In this document: one piece after another, positions 57,067 through 64,000 of the stretch
Layout of the letters: the number at the start of each line of letters is the position of its first letter
Numbering within the stretch: the first letter of the stretch is position 1
NCBI GenBank assembly: GCA_016936615.1
Contig: JAFGXN010000007.1
Span: 28,575-92,574 of the forward strand
Reading direction: 5' to 3'
Length of the DNA stretch: 64,000 bases
Source of the DNA: Spirochaetales bacterium
Lineage (GTDB): Bacteria > Spirochaetota > Spirochaetia > JAFGXN01
Notes under the pieces: generated by a model
What the model was told of the DNA's origin: nothing
The model's input: the letters and a program-made list of their open reading frames with translations, nothing else
Database searches by the model: none
Translations under genes and position numbers: made by a program

Positions 57067-57519
57067 ATGACAATAAAAAGCATACTAAAGAAAGAAACAG
57101 TGCTTATGCTAGAAGAGACCACAAAAGAATCTGCGCTAGAAAGAATGATTAAATGCGCATTTGAGACTGGTGATGTTGACTCAGAGGAAAATCTGAAGAA
57201 AAACATCTTTTACCGTGAAGAATTAATGAGTACAGGGATGGGATTAGGTATAGCAATACCTCACACTCGATACGAGGGAATCTCTGCACCGAAGATGATA
57301 ATTGGAATACAACCACAGGGGATTTCAGACTATGTTACCCTTGATGACCATAAAATACAATTTGTAGTAATGATTCTTGTTGGCAAGGATCAGCACAAGA
57401 CCCACATACAGATGATGAGCCAGATAGTTTCACTACTAAAGGAAGACTCTTTACGAAACAAGTTGCTAAATGCAACCTCCTCAGATGAAATCTTCGAGAC
57501 CCTTATGGAGACAAAATAA
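57067..57519 (+). CDS. PTS EIIA type-2 (PtsN/IIA-Ntr-like) regulatory domain protein
   Basis: Active-site His context GLGIAIPHTR and overall IIA-2 fold pattern. Confidence 0.7.
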   Translation: MTIKSILKKETVLMLEETTKESALERMIKCAFETGDVDSEENLKKNIFYREELMSTGMGLGIAIPHTRYEGISAPKMIIGIQPQGISDYVTLDDHKIQFVVMILVGKDQHKTHIQMMSQIVSLLKEDSLRNKLLNATSSDEIFETLMETK

Positions 57520-59204
57520 TGCCAGAATTTTTGACTAATCTTTTTGAAAACATATCACATCCGGGAGTTAATAGCCTGTTGCTAATTGGAATTGCCATTT
57601 TTTTTGGTACAATAGGTGGCAGGCTTTTTCAGAAGATAAAGATTCCTCAAGTCGTAGGCTATATCTTCATAGGTATCCTGGTAGGTCCTTTATTAAAGAT
57701 AATTTCACTTGATACACTCAAATCTTTCGAGCCGTTTAACTCTTTTGCGTTGGGGTTAATTGGTTTTACAATCGGAGGAGAGCTAAGAAAGGATGTAGTA
57801 AAAAAATACGGTAAACAATTTGTGTGGATTCTCTTCTTCGAAGCCCTTTCTGCCTTCTTCCTTGTTGGAATTTTAACTTTTTTGGTTGTAACTCTTCTAT
57901 TAAAAAGCTGGCAGCTAGGACTTGTCTACGGGCTTCTGCTTGGTTCAATCTCATCAGCTACTGCTGCTGCGGGCACAACTGATGTACTATGGGAATACAA
58001 GACAAAAGGGCCTCTAACAACAACAGTGCTAGGAATAGTAGCACTCGATGATATACTTGCGCTTATTCTTTTTGCAATCTGCTCAAGTGTTGCTGGTCTC
58101 TTTACTACTGCCCAAGACAGCAGCCTTCTTCACGAACTTTTGAAGCTATTGTATGAAGTTGGGTTCTCCCTACTTCTTGGCTGGGCAAGTGGAAGGTTTT
58201 TTACACGGATTCTAAAGAGCCATCTCGAAGAAGAAAAATTACTAACATTCTCAATCGGTGGAATCATTCTAGTTCTTGGTCTTGCAGTTGCCCTGAAGGT
58301 TGATATGATTTTAACTGCAATGGTAATGGGAATTGTCCTAACAAATGTTGCACCGAAGAAGAGTAAGGATGTTTTCAAGGTCTTAGAAAAAATTTCTACA
58401 CCAATCTATGTTATGTTCTTTGTCTTTGTCGGAGCAAAACTAAATATTAAAACTATGAACTTAAACTTGATTATTCTAGTCATAGTCTTTCTTCTTGGGC
58501 GATCTTTTGGCAAGGCTTTTGGTGCAAGTCTTGGTGCTAAATTAGGCAAGGCTGCACCGACAGTAGTCAAATACCTCCCACTTTGCTTGTTAAGTCAATC
58601 TGGTGCTGCTATTGGATTATCTATAATTGCAGGACAAAAATTTGAAGGTCCAATCGGTTCATCAGTTATGCTGATCGTAACAACTACTACTTTCATTGTG
58701 CAGCTGATTGGACCAATCTTCATTAAAGCTGCAGTCACAAAGGCTGGTGAGGTGGGATTAAATATCACTGAAGAGGATTTAATAAAGCAATGTCATGCAA
58801 TTGATGGAATAATGCCTGATATGAAGATTATGCAAGAGACAATGAATCTTGGCCAAATTCTCCAAACCTTTAGTGAGAATGATGAACTTTTCTACCCAGT
58901 TCTGAACAATTCAGGGCAGTTAGTTGGAATACTCTCGATTGAAGGGGTAAAAAACGCCTTCATGGCAAATGAACTTTCGGAGTTTCTTCTTGCACACGAT
59001 TTGATGGATCCTGTTTCAAGGACTTGCCTGCCAGATACATCTCTAAGCGAAGTACAATATCTAATGACATCAGAGAAATTAAGCTGTATTCCTGTAATCG
59101 ACAAAGAGCAAAAAATCCTCGGAGTAATAGAGCCAAGATCTATACAGAAGACAGTCTCTCAGAAGATTTTACAGCTACAGCAACAAGCAGAAGCACTAGG
59201 CTAA
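57519..59204 (+). CDS. Cation:proton antiporter (Na+/H+ exchanger family) with a C-terminal CBS-domain pair
   Basis: About 11-12 TM helices with Na_H_Exchanger-like segments (GYIFIGILVGP, LGIVALDDILALILF). The C-terminal 150 aa contain two CBS repeats. Confidence 0.8.
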   Translation: MPEFLTNLFENISHPGVNSLLLIGIAIFFGTIGGRLFQKIKIPQVVGYIFIGILVGPLLKIISLDTLKSFEPFNSFALGLIGFTIGGELRKDVVKKYGKQFVWILFFEALSAFFLVGILTFLVVTLLLKSWQLGLVYGLLLGSISSATAAAGTTDVLWEYKTKGPLTTTVLGIVALDDILALILFAICSSVAGLFTTAQDSSLLHELLKLLYEVGFSLLLGWASGRFFTRILKSHLEEEKLLTFSIGGIILVLGLAVALKVDMILTAMVMGIVLTNVAPKKSKDVFKVLEKISTPIYVMFFVFVGAKLNIKTMNLNLIILVIVFLLGRSFGKAFGASLGAKLGKAAPTVVKYLPLCLLSQSGAAIGLSIIAGQKFEGPIGSSVMLIVTTTTFIVQLIGPIFIKAAVTKAGEVGLNITEEDLIKQCHAIDGIMPDMKIMQETMNLGQILQTFSENDELFYPVLNNSGQLVGILSIEGVKNAFMANELSEFLLAHDLMDPVSRTCLPDTSLSEVQYLMTSEKLSCIPVIDKEQKILGVIEPRSIQKTVSQKILQLQQQAEALG

Positions 59205-59216
59205 AAAAGCAAAAGA

Positions 59217-59238
59217 CCCGAAGCAAGCTTCGGGTTTT
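59217..59238. terminator. Bidirectional intrinsic terminator
   Basis: CCCGAAG-caag-CTTCGGG stem, with a T-run downstream and an A-run upstream. Confidence 0.5.
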
Positions 59239-59241
59239 CAT

Positions 59242-60603
59242 TTAATTATAGAGCAGAGCCTTCTCTAACAAAGGATCACTTCCTTCAAGATAATCTCTCG
59301 ACAGATATCTGACCTCAAGGTCTGGATAGACTGCATCTCGAGGCTCATATCCAGGAGTGCCAAACCGAGGGCTCTCCCACCTGCACCACGAAACAGTAAA
59401 TCCCAAGCCAGAAGCTGGAGCGACAAAGCTCATAATATTACCATAGCTATCAGGAGCATTCCCTGTCGGCTCACCCACCAATAATCCAATCTTGTTTGCT
59501 TGAATTATCTCAGCAAACCAATTAGCAGATGAAAATGTTGTATTTGATATTAAACAAAAAAGCTTTCCATCAAAAAGAGGCTGAGCACCACCCACAACCT
59601 TTGTTGTAGCAGGGAAGTAGGAATTTCCGCTAGATCGAGGCGACAATCCCCTGTTTTTTGTATGAACCGAGAATCTCCGATATCCACCAAATGTCTTTAT
59701 CCTCTTCTCAGGAAAATAATTAAGAAACTCATCAATAACCTGAGAATTCCCTCCAGTGTTTTCTCTTAGATCTAGAGCTATGCGCTTTATGTTTTTTTCC
59801 TTAACCATTGAGAAGAACTCTTTTAATGTCTCTTTGTAAAGATCATTATTATTACAAGAATCCAAATAAAAGACTCCTAACTCATCTTTATAGACACTAT
59901 AACCGCAAAATGGGCGTTGCTCAGCTTCCATTGTTGAATTTTCTTCTGTGATAAAATTCGCGAACACGGTTGAAACTCCTTTAGGCCTCTCAACCCCTAT
60001 CTGAACTAGCTCCTCTCCATCTTTTACAAGGTCATGACCTAACAAAAATGATTTTCTATAAAAGTATGAAAGGCTTCTAACTCTGACCCAATACTTGTTC
60101 TCACTTGAAATATATGGAGTAATAAAAGAAATTATTCTCTCGACACTTCGAGGACCAATAGAACGAATGATATCACCCCTGCGTAGACCATAATCTGTAT
60201 CCTCTGTGGCGACAAGTCCATTAAATGTCCAGACACAAGGAAGATTCAAGAGATCCTCTTTGTATCTTGGGAAAGCAAATGTATGACCATCATTTAAAGT
60301 TGCAAGGATTGCATTAACATAGAAGTGAAATCGATAGATCTCAACCCCCTCCTCGAGAATTAATGCCTTAATCCTATTCGACTCAACTACCATTACCTCT
60401 GGCAATCCTTCCTCAGCAACAGGATGAACCTCCCTAACAATCTGTAGAATATAATCAATATCATCTAAGGCTTCCTGTTGAGTTAATCTCGCAGTGTAGG
60501 CCTTAGCCTCAGGCGCAGGAGAATTATCAATCCCAACTTCAGTACCAGTTTTACACGCAAAAATAAAAATTAACAAAATTAAACAAACTATTTTTTTTCT
60601 CAT
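59242..60603 (-). CDS. S41-family (C-terminal processing / tail-specific protease-like) peptidase lipoprotein
   Basis: Lipobox (IFIFACKTG). S41 motif region (IALDLRENTGGNS). Confidence 0.55.
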   Translation of the reverse strand: MRKKIVCLILLIFIFACKTGTEVGIDNSPAPEAKAYTARLTQQEALDDIDYILQIVREVHPVAEEGLPEVMVVESNRIKALILEEGVEIYRFHFYVNAILATLNDGHTFAFPRYKEDLLNLPCVWTFNGLVATEDTDYGLRRGDIIRSIGPRSVERIISFITPYISSENKYWVRVRSLSYFYRKSFLLGHDLVKDGEELVQIGVERPKGVSTVFANFITEENSTMEAEQRPFCGYSVYKDELGVFYLDSCNNNDLYKETLKEFFSMVKEKNIKRIALDLRENTGGNSQVIDEFLNYFPEKRIKTFGGYRRFSVHTKNRGLSPRSSGNSYFPATTKVVGGAQPLFDGKLFCLISNTTFSSANWFAEIIQANKIGLLVGEPTGNAPDSYGNIMSFVAPASGLGFTVSWCRWESPRFGTPGYEPRDAVYPDLEVRYLSRDYLEGSDPLLEKALLYN

Positions 60604-60710
60604 ATCTATACCCTAATCAATAGTAACCTTTATTTATCAAAAAATCAAATCCATAAATTTGAACAATCTGTAAGTCTTGATTTTCCAGAGAAATAGATCC
60701 ATAATAAGCT

Positions 60711-61310
60711 ATGCTTGTTCCAACATCATCTTCACAATTTGAGATATCTATCAAAAACTCTAAATTCATCGCTATTGCCCAACGGATAGAGACCAGAGAA
60801 GAGGCTAAGCTTCTAATTGAGTCGCAATGGAGACTACATCCAGGCGCTAGACATATTGTATATGCCTTTGCAATTGGAAAAAATAGAGAAATTCTTGGCG
60901 CATCAGACGATGGAGAGCCTTCTGGCACAGCTGGGATGCCAACTCTCGAAGTGCTCAAAGGGGCAGGTATTACTAATTGCATTATTATGATAATCAGATA
61001 CTTTGGCGGAACAAAGCTTGGTACAGGAGGGTTGGTAAAGGCTTATGGAGAGAGTGCAAAGGGTGTACTTGAGAGCCTGACCACAGAAGAGCTTATTGAA
61101 AAATCCGAAGTAACAATAGGCCTAGAATATACCCACTTAAAGCAGATCAAAATCTTGCTAAGTGATAATACAAATATTTCCATTAGCGAGGAGTCTTTCA
61201 CAGATCATGTTACGATCAAGGCCCTCATCCCAGCAACTGACCTCGACGAAATTTCAAAGAAAATCGCAGATATCAGTTGTGGCGAGGCCTTATTTGAAAT
61301 TACAGGATAG
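60711..61310 (+). CDS. YigZ/IMPACT (UPF0029) family protein
   Basis: KNSKFIA, DDGEPSGTAG and RYFGGTKLGTGGLVKAY signature segments. Confidence 0.75.
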   Translation: MLVPTSSSQFEISIKNSKFIAIAQRIETREEAKLLIESQWRLHPGARHIVYAFAIGKNREILGASDDGEPSGTAGMPTLEVLKGAGITNCIIMIIRYFGGTKLGTGGLVKAYGESAKGVLESLTTEELIEKSEVTIGLEYTHLKQIKILLSDNTNISISEESFTDHVTIKALIPATDLDEISKKIADISCGEALFEITG

Positions 61311-62694
61311 AATCTTCCACAACAACACCGTCTGAACAACACTCTAGATGGTATCGTTCTTTTTCTGCCAATTTCCGATGAACATAAATTGCAATAAATA
61401 TGGTCAATCCCAAGGTCAGATAATCAGCTATTGGCTGGCTAAGCACAACCCCTTTAAGCTGATAAAAATGTTCTAAAATATAAAGTAGCGGAATAAGGAA
61501 AACTCCTTGCCTTGCAACAGCAGAGACAAAAGAGGCCATTCCATAACCTATTGCTTGAAAGAAAGTTGAATACATTACCTGAAATCCTAAAAAAGGAAAA
61601 GAGATAGCAAACACTCGTAGCGCGAGAGCCCCCATCTCAACTACCTCTGGATCTCTACTAAACATCATAATCAGAGCCTTTGGAAAGAGTAGCATAATAA
61701 TTGTCATAACTAAACTATAGATGCTTGTTGAAACAAGAGAGATTCGAAGAGCCTTATACATTCGAGGAAAGCGCATCGCCCCAAAATTATAACCCGCAAC
61801 TGGCTGAAAAGCATGTGCATAGCCAAAAATAACAAATGAAGCGAACATTATCAATCTAACAATCGCACCCACCGCCGCAAGAGCCTCATCGCCATATGTT
61901 GTAATCAAACCTAACATCACAAACGTAGAGACACCAGTCAAAACCTGACGAATAAAAGTAGGTGTTCCAATCTTCAAAATCTCCAAAAAATCTCGTGCCT
62001 CGCGAGAAAACGATTTTAATTTAATCTTAAGCAGTGATTTTTTTGAAAAGAAGAATGATATTGCTATGAAAAAAGCAACAATCTGCCCTACCGCAGTAGC
62101 TACAGCTGCGCCTGAGACTCCCATGTTGAAGCCAAAGATAAACAAGGGATCCAAAATCATATTCAAAATAGCGCCAGAAGAGATAGCAATGCCACTATAG
62201 ATTGCAGCCCCCTCTGAACGAATAATATTATTCATTGTCATATTCAATATTTGAAAAATCCCACCAAAAAGAACTATCCTCGCATAGCTAACACTGTAAC
62301 CGAAGACATCGCCCTCTGCATTCATCGCTCTCAAGAACGGGATAGTAAAGATTTGCCCTAGAATAAAAAAGACAATAGCAGAGATTAAGCTAAGAAAAAA
62401 AGCAGTAGAGACTATCTTCTGTGCTCGATCTAAATTTTTCTCTCCCAAGAATCTTGAAGCAGCTGAAGCTCCACCAATTCCGAAGCCAAGCCCAATCGCA
62501 CCTATCACCATGAAAACAGGAAATATCAGGGAGATCGCTGCTAAGGCAGCGGTGTCATCTAACATCCCTATGAAGACTGCATCAACCAAATTGTATATAG
62601 CATTCATAAACATTGCCAAGATGCTAGGAATAGATAAAGTTATCAAGGCCTTTCCGATAGAGCCATGTTCTAATAAATCAGTTCTTTTACTCAA
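61300..62694 (-). CDS. MATE-family multidrug/oligosaccharidyl-lipid efflux transporter
   Basis: 12 TM helices with MatE repeat pattern (IPSILAMFMNAIYNLVDAVFIG...). Confidence 0.85.
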   Translation of the reverse strand: MSKRTDLLEHGSIGKALITLSIPSILAMFMNAIYNLVDAVFIGMLDDTAALAAISLIFPVFMVIGAIGLGFGIGGASAASRFLGEKNLDRAQKIVSTAFFLSLISAIVFFILGQIFTIPFLRAMNAEGDVFGYSVSYARIVLFGGIFQILNMTMNNIIRSEGAAIYSGIAISSGAILNMILDPLFIFGFNMGVSGAAVATAVGQIVAFFIAISFFFSKKSLLKIKLKSFSREARDFLEILKIGTPTFIRQVLTGVSTFVMLGLITTYGDEALAAVGAIVRLIMFASFVIFGYAHAFQPVAGYNFGAMRFPRMYKALRISLVSTSIYSLVMTIIMLLFPKALIMMFSRDPEVVEMGALALRVFAISFPFLGFQVMYSTFFQAIGYGMASFVSAVARQGVFLIPLLYILEHFYQLKGVVLSQPIADYLTLGLTIFIAIYVHRKLAEKERYHLECCSDGVVVEDSIL

Positions 62695-62853
62695 AATGTA
62701 ACCCTTTATGCTTCCATTATATTTTAATATATTTATCTGTTCAATTAAAAAATGAAAGAAAACAATTTGTTATTTAAATTTAGCTTTAAATAATTCAAAT
62801 TTAGGATTTTTATTGTATACTTTATTTAGATGAAAAGTTGTAAGAGGTGAAAG

Positions 62854-64000
62854 ATGTCAGATGCAAACAAGAAAGGACTAATTCTCGCTGGAGGTGGGGC
62901 AAAGGGCGTATACCAGATTGGCGTTATGAAAGCATTTAGTCAGATTGGCTTAAAATTCGACTCTGTTGCTGGAGCTAGTGTAGGCGCGTTAAATGCAGCA
63001 CTATATGTTCAAGAGGATTTTGATGCAGCAGATCAGATGTGGGAGAGTATTAAGCTACAGAGCATTATTGATATTCCTGATGAAGCAATTGACAATGGAA
63101 AGATTCTGATAAATAAGCTTAGCACGATACACAAGATAAATAAGGTCTTTATAAAAGATTTAGGATTTAACACTGAACCTCTGAGGAATCTTATCAGAGA
63201 AAATATTGACGAAGAAAAGATTAGAAGATCAAAAATAGACCTGGGAGTTGTAACTTTTAACCTTACGACGATGAAACCTGTTAGACTTTTTGTAAATCAG
63301 ATGGAGAAGGGGAAAATCTGCGACTATCTGCTAGCAAGTGCATCTTTTCCGTTATTTAAAAGAACTAAGATAGATGGAAAAACATATATTGATGGCGGTG
63401 TCTACGACAATATGCCTTACAGCATGCTAAAGAAACAAGGCTACAAGGATATTACGATTGTGGATGTATCAGGATTTGGCAAGGTCAAAGATTTCAATAT
63501 TGAAAATACAATAACAACATACATAAAAAATTCAATTGAATTCGGAAATTTCAAAAATCTTTATCGAGTTCTCGATTTCAGTCCTAGCTTTCTAAGCGAA
63601 TACAAACTTCTTGGCTACCTTGATACGATGAAACTACACGGGGAATTAGATGGAATCAAATACTTTTTTAAGAAGGAAAAGAAGCAACAAAAAAAGTTGT
63701 TACAAATCTTTCTTTCAGAGAAATTTATGAGCGAAGTGAGAAGTTCGGCGGAGCTTCAGGACTCTAAATTTGAGTCGGCGGAAGATAAGCTACGCGAGAT
63801 TATGCCGGAACAGTATAAAATGAGAAATGATATAGCCCTCGGATTGATTGAGTGTGCAGCTTCTACCTTAAACATTACACCAGTGCAAGAATATAAGCTT
63901 GAAGATCTTATAGAAGAGATTTACATAAAATACACAACACTCAATCAGATGATATCAATGCAGAAGAAAGTCGAGTTTCAGGAATTTTTTGAGATACTTT
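62854..64000 (+). CDS. Patatin-like phospholipase (partial; continues past the window end)
   Basis: GGGAKG oxyanion motif, GxSxG serine (GASVGA) and a DGG aspartate motif. GAGGTGA RBS before the ATG at 62854. No stop before the window end. Confidence 0.7.
   Translation, partial: MSDANKKGLILAGGGAKGVYQIGVMKAFSQIGLKFDSVAGASVGALNAALYVQEDFDAADQMWESIKLQSIIDIPDEAIDNGKILINKLSTIHKINKVFIKDLGFNTEPLRNLIRENIDEEKIRRSKIDLGVVTFNLTTMKPVRLFVNQMEKGKICDYLLASASFPLFKRTKIDGKTYIDGGVYDNMPYSMLKKQGYKDITIVDVSGFGKVKDFNIENTITTYIKNSIEFGNFKNLYRVLDFSPSFLSEYKLLGYLDTMKLHGELDGIKYFFKKEKKQQKKLLQIFLSEKFMSEVRSSAELQDSKFESAEDKLREIMPEQYKMRNDIALGLIECAASTLNITPVQEYKLEDLIEEIYIKYTTLNQMISMQKKVEFQEFFEIL

Noticed and set aside
60617-60982. 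121-aa reverse-strand ORF overlapping the start of yigZ
   Set aside because: It overlaps the well-conserved YigZ/IMPACT N-terminus on the opposite strand. It has no RBS and no motif.
1-64000. Looked for CRISPR arrays, tRNA/rRNA genes, IS elements/transposases and integrases
   Set aside because: No regularly spaced direct repeats, no tRNA-like cloverleaf-compatible segments in the intergenic regions examined, and no ORF with transposase/integrase (DDE, tyrosine recombinase R..H..R..Y) motifs. The only traces of mobility are the decayed regulator and HigA fragments at 48.3–50.3 kb.

Overview
AT-rich bacterial chromosomal window, roughly one-third G+C by eye, dense with lipoproteins. The gene content points to an anaerobe, possibly a spirochete. 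Supporting this are the PdxS/PdxT pair, a FliG-like paralog, an MCP, many lipoproteins with a lipobox cysteine, and MinD-ferredoxin/NifX-like proteins. This taxonomic placement is inference only.

Gene content, left to right:
- a two-component system (partial histidine kinase, OmpR-type regulator, CheY-like regulator) followed by an OmpA-family protein
- a lysophospholipid acyltransferase convergent with a stomatin/NfeD pair
- a solute-binding-domain sensor kinase divergent from pdxST
- a TonB-dependent uptake locus (iron/heme/cobalamin-type ABC importer, TonB, beta-propeller protein, TonB-dependent receptor, lipoproteins)
- a TPR protein and YjbQ, a uracil/xanthine permease, and a tri-domain DAHP synthase–prephenate dehydratase fusion
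- a tightly coupled seven-gene operon: NitT/TauT-type ABC importer (one solute-binding protein fused to an OmpA-like domain), a vWA protein, XpaC and TelA, followed by an orphan short FliG-like protein
- a conserved MinD-ferredoxin ATPase ×2 plus NifX-like ×2 module
- a 7TM-GGDEF diguanylate cyclase and an MCP
- a lipid-biosynthesis gene set in two blocks (about 40.7–44.3 kb and 50.4–54.1 kb) that are visibly much richer in G+C than the rest of the window
- a PTS-IIA(Ntr)-like protein with a CBS-domain cation/proton antiporter, an S41 peptidase, YigZ, a MATE exporter and a partial patatin-like phospholipase

The lipid set comprises an AccD–AccA fusion, a FabD-like acyltransferase, a short FabZ-like hotdog protein, a FabG-like reductase, then ACP, a nitroreductase-family protein, a KAS I/II, an unknown protein and an alpha-oxoamine synthase. 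The two blocks are separated by an AT-rich segment carrying paralogous membrane proteins and decayed genes (a Schlafen/AlbA_2-type regulator pseudogene and a HigA-antitoxin remnant).

No rRNA, tRNA, CRISPR array or transposase was recognised.

The most interesting candidates are the compositionally foreign ACP–KAS–AOS aminolipid/sphingoid-like cluster and the ABC–vWA–XpaC–TelA operon.
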